DNA from: Ptychomitrium polyphyllum
Lineage: Eukaryota
Reading direction: 5' to 3'
DNA: 64,000 nucleotides
Assembly (NCBI GenBank): GCA_973851085.1
Contig: OZ316775.1
Coordinates: 15,996,001-16,060,000, forward strand
Below the pieces are notes generated by a model, which did not search any database, was not told the DNA's origin, and saw only the letters and a program-made list of their open reading frames with translations. Shown here in pieces: positions 39,366 through 51,105 of this stretch. Position 1 is the first letter of the stretch, and every line of letters starts with the position of its first letter. A program made the position numbers and the translations under genes.

Positions 39366-42075
39366 TTTCATTAGTATGTCTTATTTCTATTAATAAAATT
39401 ACTATTATTATATTATTTTTGATTTGTGTATGCACAACAATCTCCTATTATTGTTTAATCAATTGCCTTATTATTAGATATAAATGAATTCAACAATTAT
39501 CTCACCTTTATTAGCTATTAGGATTTAAAATGACATATTTAAATAATACAAGTGTTCATATCTTGACTATGAAACTCTTATACATATATATAATTATGTA
39601 TTATATATCACTATTATTATTAATATATATATAATTACTTTATATTTTATCTCTTTATTCATCTTTTTTTATCTTTGTATTATGTTTTGATACTTAGAAT
39701 TGGAAAATATGTCCCTAATTTGTATTCATGTTGATTTTGCATTACTTTGTTCAAAAATTTATTCTTATCTAAATGTCTACAACTAAAAAACCTATAATTA
39801 AATTTAAGCTTATTAACTTCTTTGCAAACAAGTTGCAATTTAGAAGTGTAATTTCTTCACTTATTATTTACTAGATATCAAATGTAGTAAGTATTGTTGA
39901 AAATCTTGATCCGCAAAATTATGGATTTTGTTTCCATTCACTTCATGTACAATCACTTATTTGTATTAGAAATTGTGCATTCTTTATGGAAGAAGCTAAT
40001 GCACAAAAATTGATTCTAAAAAGCTAATAAAAGTATAGCCATTCTTCACATAAATTCTTGGCCATGTATCCATATTTTTTTAGAATGTATATATTATCTT
40101 TTGCCAAAAAAAAATTGAACTAACTTCAAAAACAACAAGGAGAAATTTTGAAAACCACTCATTGGCGCTAAAGTAGTTCCTAAATTTGTAAGTATAAAAT
40201 TCTAAATCTAGTCAAATAATCTAAATTCTAAAACAAAATTGGTCTTTTCTAAATTGTTTGCTTACACATTTCTTGCATGTTGTGATTAAAAGTTATACAA
40301 ACACAAAAATGAAGGACTAAAAATTCAAAATAATCGGAGAAGTTGCAAACTTTAGAATGTACTATTAATAAAATTCTACACTCTTCAAAGCATCTATTTT
40401 GCCTTTAACTATAATTGCATGAATAAGGACCGATATGGCCAAATATCAAATCCATTTAGTACAAAAGACTTAATGATTTCTTGAATGTTCTATCCATTAT
40501 TGATCTATGTAATTTATAAAAAAAATTGTACCTACACTTAGTCCTTGGAGCTCTATTAATGTCACCTTCACTGTTACAACAATAAGCATGCATAAAGTAG
40601 TAGCAACAAGGATCTTCTTGACCAAAAACATCTCCTTTCCAACTTAAACCTTATTTCCACCTTAAAAGTTATAAATTCTCCCAAAACACTTACCTTAAAA
40701 TTTCCAATATCCTACCACAACCAAACAAGTGGAATGCCAACGTGAAATAATGTCACATCATGGCCATGGCCATAAAACCCATTACAACAGTTTTTACAAA
40801 TTTTACAATAGTTTTAGTATTACCAGCCACTGCCGGATTGGACAGGACTCCCCCATTTCAAAGAAAATATGAATGTTGGGCCCTACTACTTCTAGAAATG
40901 AAGACGATTGCCTCCCCCCAAATACATTGCAGTATGGTGAGCATTTAAGAAGTGATAGATTATTTTGACACATCAAAAAGGAGTTGACATACAAAAGAGT
41001 AATGTTGCACTTGCATAGATGGTGACAGGGAATGAGAACCCAGCCTGATTACAATGGTTCAACCTCGTGCCCCTTATCACAGGGCACCGCTACTGTCATT
41101 ACTCTTAATATTATTCCCAAGGCATTCCACTTGTTCCTTAAAAACCTTTAAAAAAAAAACTTAATACTAAAAATCCCAATAGTAGCTGATAAGGCAACTT
41201 GCTGTGGGGCACTTTCGTTGCCTCTGGTGCACGGAAACAAAGTTCACCGCGGCAACTAGCAAACAGAATTCATCAACCATCAACTATCATCCACCTCTGT
41301 TCCAATCCTCATCCGCTTCACGACATCGCGATCCCACTTGCAGCTCGTGAGGCACCGCCTAGGAAGCTTCATTGGACACTCCGAAGCCTCATCCACGCGA
41401 GGATGGCGCGCGGGGTTCATCCGCCGCGGGTTCATCCGAACGATGCCCTCGCTCGCCAGTGGAAGCGGATGACCTAGCAACGGGCCATGCATGCTTCATC
41501 CGCCATCCCCGGGTGCAGATCTCATCCGCCACGCCGCGCCCTCGCCGGGCAGCAACCTGCATGGATGAAACCCGCGATGCGAACAGAAAATGCGGGTACG
41601 GAGACAAGCGTTCATCGGCGTGTGCGCAGCGTCGCGGCCATGCAGCGGCCAGGCGTTCATCCAGGCGACGCGGATGCTCCATCCGAAGCCACGGACTTTG
41701 GTGGAGCGTCACCCAGGAGCATCGCCCCACTTGCGCTTTCGACGTCTCGCAGCTCGCGTCGCTGTCTCGTCAATCCCCTCGGCGTGTCTCCATTCTCGCT
41801 CACCCTTTGCCTTTGTGTCGCTGGAACCCCCTCCCTACTCCTCCTGGTGATCTGCTCCGATTCGGTTTGTACAGTTTGTTGCCCAGACGTGAACGCTAGG
41901 TGGCTAGAGGTGGCCGGAGGTGTGCAGAGGTGTCCAAGGGTGTGCAGAGGTGGCGACTTAAAGGTGGCGGTTTTGTTTGAGTTGGTGGGGGAGTTCCGGG
42001 AGTGGGAGGAGGCAGGGGAAGCAGAGCTCGGGATCTATGGTGGAAGTTTGTTGATACGGGCACAAGGCGCACATT

Positions 42076-45000
42076 ATGAACGCAGGGGTCTCCGGATTCA
42101 GTAAGTCCTCGTGAGGCACGGAGTGGGCTGGGTTGGGGTGGATTCGCATCTTGTGCTCTGGGGATGCGTTTTCTGATGGTTGAGTGTGTTGTAGTAGAGC
42201 ATCAAGTTAGGATGTGCTCATGTTAGCGGTTCTGAGCCAGGCTGTTCGACTCTCTTTACTTGGGCAGAAGTTTTAAGTCACTGTGCTTGCTGTGCAGAAA
42301 ATGCTATTGTGACCAAGGTTATAGTGGTGACCTGCGGGTTTATTTCATTGGTATTAGCCGCTCGACGAGATGCTAAGCAGTATAGTCTTTCATATCAGGT
42401 TCGTTTTGCTGAGTTAAACGTTGGAGGGTAGGTAGCGTTTTAATCTTACTTAACTGGGAAAATTTTAGGTTGCAAGGAAACCTCTGTTTTTTGGCACTCT
42501 AAAATGGAAGTTTTTGTAGCAAGCGGTGCAGGTTAGAGATAGATTCAGTGGTGGAGAGGGACATTCTTTCCAGTTTATGCCACAGTTTTTGATGTGGATA
42601 TCTCATTTTGTTGTCGTCGACAGAAAATTGTACAGAGATTGGAACTATGGCGGCTAGTAGTGGCACCCTTCGTGTTTCCATCTTTACCTGAGCTATTTTT
42701 TGGGCTCTATCTTCTATATTTCTTCCGAGTCTTTGAGAGGCAAGTTGGGTCGACCAAATACATGGTTTGTCTCTTGCCCTCATGCTCTTTAAGTTTGATA
42801 ATGTGCAATAGAATTGGATCTAAGGTCATATCTTGCTGAATTGAATGACGATTCTTGGGATGGTTGTGTTTTACTTTTCAAGGTTATTATTTTCTATTTT
42901 TATATCTACATGCACGGTTTGTCTTCTAGTAGCCAATTGTACGCCAAGTGTTCGAATGGTGTACTAATCCTTATAAATCAACTTTTGGCAGTTTTTCGTC
43001 TTATTTAGTACAACTATCACTACATTTTTGGAGCTCGTTTTTTTATTTATCTTCAAAGGTACCATATCTGGCGATCTTTTTCCTTTTCTTGTGTTTGTTT
43101 ATGCAGTGGTGTTGTTATAGCACCATTCATATATATAAAGTTACATAGTTTTCATAAGCTACGGCAATTGTACTTGGGCGCCAGGCTTGTTTCTAGACGG
43201 TCCTTTTGGCCATAGTAGTATTTTGGGGAATGGCCCTAGCGTTTGTGGGACGAGCGGCGCTTGGAGACTGTATCCAACTTCATTGATTTGTTGGTTTGGT
43301 GGTGGTAAGTTATTAGGGTACAGTTTTTTGAATATCATGTTTTCTATTTTTTGTGGCAATCTAGCGCACTTGTTTCCTTCTAGTAGGTATAAGCTTCGTT
43401 TATACATATAGTAGTAGATGGACAAGAGTATATTTGTTGACGTATTGATTTGTGGGCGCTAGCAGATTTATCATGGATCTCAAATATCAGATTGAATTCT
43501 GGCCCATTTGGGTTGATATTCTCGTCTTTCGTGCTCTTTTTCTTCGATATCCCTGTTTCAACTCGCTTCAAGCTGCTTGGAGCTGAAGTATCTGAGAAGT
43601 CATTCGTATACTTTGTTGGTCTTCAGGTTTGTACACGCTCTTCCTTCTAAGGTGTTAGATTCGATGCTTGAAACCTGGAATCGAAATGCTGCGTCAACTG
43701 TCGGATTCCAAAGTATTGCGTTTAAAACGTTGTGGAGAGTTTTTGTGAGATGTTTGAAGTTCTATGCTTTTAGTGGCCGTTCGAAGCTAGTAGAGTGAAT
43801 TGTTATTTATGGACGATTTCCGGTGGATTGTGTATTGCATGTTGATAGAAATTAATTGACCAATTTGTTGATTGTGTGTCCATGCTGAGTTCCGTATTGC
43901 CTTTTGGAAATCTCTGGGATGTACTTTGCTGATATTGGTTCAATGGCTTGAACTAACTACTGTTTTTTTGCTTCTTGTAGCTCCTACTATGGTCATGGAT
44001 GCAATCCTTTATACCAGCATTTTGCGGAATGGTTGTTGGCCTGTTTTACAGATACGACGTAGTCGGTGTACAGGAAATAAGGGTATGGTTATATCTTTTC
44101 CAATTAAGAGATGGTGTGATTGCCTCAGGTTTAGTTTCCCTTTTTCTGTGTGCTAAAACGCTCTAAAGCTGGTTCCATGAAATAAGATGGGCCAGTGTTA
44201 GGAATTTTTTTTCTGCTTAGTGCGGCTCAATGATTGAAGACTCTTGTATGGTAGGGATTTTAAATGATTGTTGGATACGCAGTTCTCGCCTGGCGCTTTT
44301 GCCCAAATGGCATGGAAAGTGGCACCCTTCTTCTCAGGAATTTCCCCAGAGATGGCTTCTAAGATGAATTCCAGCAGGACGATAGAACCCGAGTCCAGAA
44401 ATGATGAGCATGAGGTGCGTGCGGTCTAGTATCTTTGTCTGTCCTTCTTTCTTAACCCAGGGCAAGCCACTGCTCTTATAATGATATGTACCGTCGGTTT
44501 GGTGTGTCTTGAAGTCCTGCCATTCGACGTGGTCAATGGCACACTTTACAATAACACAGGCAATATGTTGTCTTTAGAAATCTTCAGATTCAGTTCAGCA
44601 CGAATAATTCTGGAGAGCTCCTACAAGCTGTCACCTGCACCTGGTCTTCTCTTACTTCCTAGTCTGTTACCGTCATTAACGAGCAGATACCGTATAGTTT
44701 ATGGCTGAACTAGATGTTCTACTTTTATTTTTTTGTTTGCTTTGTTCTACATATAGTGGTTTTTGTTGGAGCTTCGTGGGAACTGTAACTTTGAACGCTC
44801 GGTTGTTAGATGTGTTGTTTTATGCTTTAACGATCTTTGAAGCATAAAAGCCGTAGCCTTTAGAGACACGTCCTTTCTGTTCACATTTACCTCCAGAACC
44901 TCTATTCAGGGTAGCAGGCTGTGCAGGATCATTCTGTTCAATAACATCGTTGATTGAACAATAGTACCTGCAACGTGTTCGATTGGAAAAATCCAGGGTT

Positions 45001-45283
45001 CAGCCAGCGTTTATAGATTTGTTTTCTCGGGTTGTAATATGTGTACTAATTGTGCAGGTGAATTTGCAAAATCGTTATTCTCGCCATGGTTGGAATGCAG
45101 AACGGCGTCTATGCAGATGCGCCAACTGTAACAGCTACCGAAGAAAAAGTGTTCAAACTGGTGGCTTTGGGCCACAATCAAAACGAAGTAATCTTGGCGC
45201 TTACCCGATGCCGGAATGACCTAGCAGCAGCCAAAGAGTATCTTAGGGGGGAAGAAATATTGGGAAGGAGACCGTATTACTAG
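42076..45283 (+). CDS. Rhomboid-like protein with C-terminal UBA-like domain (RBL18/RBL20, UBAC2-like)
   Basis: MNAGVSGF|..NAIVTKVIV...SLSYQ|...LWRL...GLYLLYFFRVFERQVGSTKY|...SGPFGLIFSSFVLFFFDIPVSTRF...SEKSFVYFVGLQ|LLLWSW...; UBA-like ending EEKVFKLVALGHNQNEVILALTRCRNDLAAAKEYL. Confidence 0.87.
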
Positions 45284-48200
45284 TACTATTTCTAGGCACC
45301 TATGCTGTGTAGTGAAGCCCACTTTAGTGTACATTACAATTTACTGAAGAGTGGACGCCATTTGATGAGCCAGCAAGTGTATGTTTAGCCATGTTGTGTC
45401 GCTACATTTTTCCACTCTCCACATGGAGTTTGTTGTGGTAGCTTGCTGCAAGGACGACAGTCGTGACTGACAAAGTTAGTACTGATTTTTTTAGTCTGCT
45501 CAGTTACTGCTACCGGTAATGACGACATGGATCAGCGTTCAAACTTCAGTATGTTGAAGCAGTTCCTAGTTGTATTCAATCTGGTGTATGGGCTGCAAAT
45601 AATTTATATATGAACGGTGATCAATGCAAATCTGCAATGGTAGATGCTCTTTGACTTGGTTGTGTTCATTTTATGTAAAAAGTAATTCTAATTAGAGAGG
45701 ACTTTATCACACTTATTGAATTGAGTTTGATACCATAGTATAAGATTTTCCAATTAACAAAGAAAAAAGTACTATCAGTAATAGATGACTTCAACAAAAG
45801 GAATTTAAGTTGTGTATAATTACCTTCTCCATCTTTTTTTTGTCACATTATTTGTCCTTCTTGTGTCATTAAGCCGTCATTTCTTTTGGAGTATTTAGGG
45901 TGTATAAATTTCTTATTGGCTTGTTGTAAATGATGTAAATTAGATTTTAAATGCCAAGCAACATAAATAGGAGATTATAATATATCAATATCAAAAAGTG
46001 GTTCTAAGGTTTAGTTGATTATACTTTGACTATGAACATACTAGTATTGAATTCATTCCAATTAAAACAACTTTCAATAAGTTATTCAATATCAAAAAAT
46101 AGAAGAAGATAAAATTGGATTTTTATTTTTATTGAATATACAACAAGACTTTGAATGGATTGTCAATTAATGATAATCCTTATGTATTATGTGTAAGTAA
46201 GGAATTTTTGATCTCTAAAGGCCTAAAACTATTACCGCATTTACTTTTTTATTCTTAAAAATAAGTTTTAAAATCCAATTTTACAAAGAAAAGAACTTTA
46301 TTCCCATTTTCAAAATTCAATATGTGTAAAATGTATGTTTACTCATTACCTTGTATTATGTCCAAAGGACCTTAATCGTGATTCCAAATTTATACACTGA
46401 AAAAATGAAGATTTTGTATTAAATTCTTTTTTAGAAAAACTTTATTTTTTATAAGAAGTTTGAAATTATTAATTTTTTGAAATAAGTGAATTAACTTATA
46501 TTTCTTATAAACAATTTAAGTAAATTCCAAATTTTCAATCATAAGTATGAATAACAAAATAGACTATCACATTGGATGAAAAGATCTATTTATGAAATGA
46601 CGTTGCTTCATAATAATAAGTACCAAAATCAAAATTGTAATAAAATATTCATTTCAAAGTTTTCTTTTCAATAAATTCTACAAATAACTAAGTTTCTTGT
46701 AAGTCTCTAGACCTAGGGCTTGTTAATCCATGAAGTTTACAAAAACATGACTTTACCAACGAAATGTTTTGAACTGATTACACATTGAATTCTACACCTT
46801 TTGTGAATTTCAGTTCCATATTACATTTAAGCCTCTTCCACTTTAAAATAATACAAAATGAAACTTGAAGTTTATAATTGAAGTTTGTATCAAAACACCA
46901 TAACGTTAATTATCTTTGCCTTCAAAATTATTCTTTGCAAGAAAATGAAATATCTGTAACTTCTCTTGAAATGTTCAAAAATAACATCCTAGAACTTGTT
47001 TTTATCCGGCTACAATATGTCACAAATGTTTTGATTGATGTGAAAGTCATACTGATTGACCAATCCATACATTAGTGGTATTTTTGCTTGTTTCAGGAGC
47101 CATTAAAAAAAATCACATAAATGCTGTCCAATTAAAGTGACAAACACAGAACGAAAATGAAAATGATTGTAGAAATCGCACCAGAGATAACTGTTTTCTA
47201 GAGTCATATAAAAGTCTGCCTCAACCTTATCTTGCCAGCTCGACAAGACATCTGTAGGTGGGGCTGTCTATTTCCAGTACCTAACTATGATTACATCTTC
47301 TCTTTTCCCTTTATTCCTTGATTTATTTTGGTAGCACTTCTGCAACGAAAAGACCTTCTGTCTTTTTGAAAAGCAACGCTGACCAGTTCAAATATGTTGT
47401 GATTGCCATCGACTCCACCTTTATTCAGTTACAGATATTTATCACCTTTCAAAAAGTAAAACTATCGTAAACCGTGTAACGATTTAGAACTTGGTGGAAC
47501 CATATGAAGTTCACTATGTTTACTACTATTTTGCTATTATCAACCCCTAAACTTACATTACAAAATTTACAATTTCTTCAATGACCAAGCTGTGAAACCA
47601 TCCAGTTGCATATGATATATCCAAATTCAACAACTGATTTTCAGAAGGACAACGCAGGTGAATTCTCTACACTTGTCTTTAAGTTGCATCAAATTTAACA
47701 CAATTTAGATCACAGAAACGTTCTCAAAACATCTGTCATATCAGAGAAATTAGTAAATTCTACGAGCAATTCCCGTGACATTCTCCCATCACATACCCCA
47801 CAACAAATATTCTGATTACGCTACTTCACCTATTTCAGTGAGGATTCGACTTCGTGAATACCCCCCACTCCAAAATTCGTTTACGTACTTATAATCCAAT
47901 ATATCAATTTACATGTCCTGTCTAGGACTTACAATCAGATTTCAAATAATAAAGCATGAATTAGATGTACTATCTACATCTTATATGAAGCAACTACTAA
48001 CTAAAGCATGAAATTCAATAATTCAACATTCCTTTATATGCACAACTCACAGTTGGTTTTAGTTTCACATTCGTTAAGATTAACTTCTACAACCTCATTG
48101 AATTTACCTGATTAGTGAAGATTTCTAACATCCTACTCAACCCAAACCAAACCGAAAATTGCACACCAATTCTCACTTCTCAGAAATCCAATACTCCTCT

Positions 48201-48841
48201 TGTCCAGATCACCAACAACAACCGCATGTCAAATCTACGATATAAATCACCTAGCTGGTCATAATAAAAATCAAATTTCAAATATCAAGTTCCCTAACAG
48301 TAAACACACTATCTTCCAACCAAACACCCCTATTCAGACACAACTGCACTCATGTAACGGATAATCAACATCACGAAATTTAAATTTTACATAAACACCG
48401 TACAACTTAGAAGTGTAAGAGCTCAATCAGAGTAACAGGTACCAATATATATTCCGAACAAAACATACATAATCACATAACTCGAATGAATAAAATCATG
48501 AACATATCAACAGGCCCTCTCTCGCTGCTCGCACAATGCAACGAAACTGTAACACTCACCACAGAAAATGTATGACTATCCTATACCCGCATATAGACTC
48601 TCACTATGGACTCAATGTTTCTTTAAATGTCTAAATCGCCAATCCTCCTCCGCAATTTAATCAATTTCGACGCAAACTTCCGTCACAATATCCCTGCAAA
48701 ACAATATTTCAAAACATCAGACAACCGACATGCTACAATGATTATTGCACGCCCGCCTACCATGCAAACCTACCTCCACACGCACACTCCACGTACACCG
48801 ACTCTTCCCGGTGCGTCATCCACCACATGTTGCTCACCTGC

Positions 48842-50002
48842 TCATGTCTTCTGTCCTTTCGCCTTCTTGATCGCCACCTTCTTCGTCCCCCGACTGCCGC
48901 TCCCTCCGCCCCTGATCAGTGGCAGAGGTGCACCGCCTGCTCCGAACCCTCTCTCCTCCTTGAACGTATGGAACACCACGATGCTCCCGCACGGCAGCTC
49001 TTGCCGGCTGCTGCCGTCGCACACGTAGCCTCTCGGGCACACTGACGCACCCCACGATCCCGACGTGTGCACGGCCTTGCTCCCGCCCGTCACGTGCACG
49101 GACATCGCGAACACGGCGGGCTTGAACGACCCCACGACCCTCTCCACCAGCGCTGGCAGCTCCACCTGCCACGGCTCATATCCCATGGCTTCGAAGCTCG
49201 CATAGCTCAGCCCCTCTTCGGGGGTCACGTGAATCGTCGAGTGCGCGCCACCCTCGATGCCGTTCATCGAGTACCCGCACGGCTCGAACGCGAAGTCGCA
49301 GATGCGCGACCCCGCCAGCATTTTGTCGATGCTTGCGGCCTCCGTCATGTCCGCGCCCGTCTCCAGGCCCGGACCCTTGATGAACTTGCCCGCCGCCTGC
49401 CTGTCCAGCTCGGTCATGCACATCTCCAGGGTGTACACCGGCTCGGCCGCGCCTCCGTGGTCCGCCGCCGTGTAAATGTGCCAGTTGGGGAACCTCCCCT
49501 TGCTGCCCATCACGAAGGCCTTCCCGCCGTCCCCGAGGCTCCCGAAATGCTCCTCCAGAAACCGAACCTCCTCGCTGAAGCTCCCGTGCGGGTACGGCTG
49601 CACCGCCGGGAACATGAACGTCCCTCTCGTGTACTTCACGCGCCTCACTCTCAGTGCCAGTCGCCCGGTCGCCTCCAACAGGACCGGCAATGCGCACAGC
49701 AGCCGCGTCGTGCCGCACGTCTTGATCACCATGCGCTGCGGGTAGATGAACAGGCTCGACTCCGACAGCACGTACGAGTCCACCTCAGCGTTGCTCATCT
49801 CCGCCACGATTGTGCACTCCGCGGCTCGCAGCATGTTCTGCAGCTCGCCTCTCGGGATGGCCCGCAGGCCCCGCCCCTCGGGGTCGCTGAACACGGGAGC
49901 AGGATGGAACTCCACGTCCAGCCGCTTCTCGAATCCTTCGAACCCTGGGCTCGCCACGCACCCGGCCGCAGCGCCCGTGTCGTTCGGGAACGACGCACCC
50001 AT
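48842..50002 (-). CDS. SAMDC: S-adenosylmethionine decarboxylase proenzyme, intronless main ORF
   Basis: GFEGFEKRL, autocleavage site YVLSESSLF, IKTCGTT, FEPCGYSMNG and STIHVTPEEGLSYASFE. Confidence 0.97.
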   Translation of the reverse strand: MGASFPNDTGAAAGCVASPGFEGFEKRLDVEFHPAPVFSDPEGRGLRAIPRGELQNMLRAAECTIVAEMSNAEVDSYVLSESSLFIYPQRMVIKTCGTTRLLCALPVLLEATGRLALRVRRVKYTRGTFMFPAVQPYPHGSFSEEVRFLEEHFGSLGDGGKAFVMGSKGRFPNWHIYTAADHGGAAEPVYTLEMCMTELDRQAAGKFIKGPGLETGADMTEAASIDKMLAGSRICDFAFEPCGYSMNGIEGGAHSTIHVTPEEGLSYASFEAMGYEPWQVELPALVERVVGSFKPAVFAMSVHVTGGSKAVHTSGSWGASVCPRGYVCDGSSRQELPCGSIVVFHTFKEERGFGAGGAPLPLIRGGGSGSRGTKKVAIKKAKGQKT

Positions 50003-50234
50003 GTCTACCCAATACGAGGACGAAAATTCCCTCCTCCCCGCGGACCGTATCTACAAGACACCGGAGAGGGCCCAACAGAACCAGGCCGGGAGCTTGAACC
50101 GCTCTCCCGAGCGGGGAGCTGATCTGCACAATCGCAAAAATGTTCCACACGACGGCAGCAGACCAGCCCCTCGGACGGAAACCACCAAATACCTAATCTA
50201 CGCGTCTTCTTTGCCGTTCACCCCTCAGCAAATA

Positions 50235-50509
50235 TCAGGATGGCTTGCGCACGCACTGCACCGCCAACGCACACCATCAGCCACCCGAGCGCCCCCACAA
50301 AAATCCTCCCCAACGGACACCAAACACTCGTTCCACCACACCCCGTCAACCCCAGCACAATCAAACCGAGCACTTACGTTGGAGTACGCAGCAGTGCGGA
50401 ACTTCTCGCTCCCTCCGTGCGGTCGAACGTCCTCAATCACGTAGCCGAGCGGACTCTCGTACTGTATCGAACTCGTCTTCGACTGCTTACCACCTTTGGC
50501 CTCCATCAT
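50235..50509 (-). CDS. Conserved SAMDC small uORF peptide (exons 50509-50378 and 50255-50235)
   Basis: MMEAKGGKQSKTSSIQYESPLGYVIEDVRPHGGSEKFRTAAYSN|CVRKPS*, with GTAAGT donor at 50377 and TGCAG acceptor ending at 50256. Matches the plant SAMDC leader peptide. Confidence 0.93.
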
Positions 50510-50514
50510 GACAT
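50506..50514 (-). promoter_or_regulatory. SAMDC tiny uORF (ATG TCA TGA) overlapping the small uORF start
   Basis: Minus strand reads ATGTCATGATGGAG. The last A of the TGA stop is the A of the second small-uORF ATG, as in the known plant SAMDC tiny/small arrangement. Confidence 0.85.
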
Positions 50515-50900
50515 GCAGATACCCTACCGACCCACACAATCGCAACGAACCCCCGTCAGGAACCAGAGCACCACCACATTCCCTCGCTGCAAAAACCGAA
50601 GAAGAGGAACGAAAACCGCCGCGCCTGACATGGAACAGAGCAAGCAAACAAGCATGGGCATGGTGATTTCTAATAATGAAAAGTAACAGCAACCCCAGAA
50701 CGAAACTTACGAGAGAGGAAGTAGCGGTGAGGAAGCGCATGCGAATCGGAAGTGGCGGTCTGTCTGCCTGCGTGGTAGGACGGAGATTGAAGGGGCGCAG
50801 GGGTGCGGCCAGCAGCCCGCCTGTTGGGCGCGGGGAGTCAACCAGGACAAGCAACAGACAGCGCAGAGGCAGGGGGTGCGCGGTGGATACAGGCAGGACA

Positions 50901-51105
50901 GAGCGCGAGCGCGAGCGCGAGCGCGAGTGGAGTGCAGCAAGGCAGTTGTGAGGAGTAGCTGCGGTTAAGAGGCGTGCAGAGGTGCGCGTGCTGGAGTTGA
51001 AGTGCAGCTCGGCAGGCGAGGGCGCAGCTTTTGCAGCCCCGTCGCAGGAGCACTCTGGGGCTGGTCGCCCGCCCTGCGCTGCCCGGCCTGCCCGGCCTGC
51101 CCGGC
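50901..51105. repeat. GC-rich short repeats upstream of SAMDC: (GAGCGC)4 and (CTGCCCGGC)3
   Basis: Seen directly at 50901-50927 and 51079-51105. Confidence 0.8.

Noticed and set aside
41199..42104. Overlapping Arg/Pro-rich ORFs
   Set aside because: A by-product of GC-rich promoter and 5'UTR sequence; no domain recognised.
49067..50444. Long + strand ORFs (351 aa, 232 aa) antisense to SAMDC
   Set aside because: Expected shadows of the very GC-rich SAMDC region; no protein motifs.
50225..50854. 209-aa minus-strand ORF
   Set aside because: Unspliced read-through of the SAMDC leader; only the uORF portion is meaningful.
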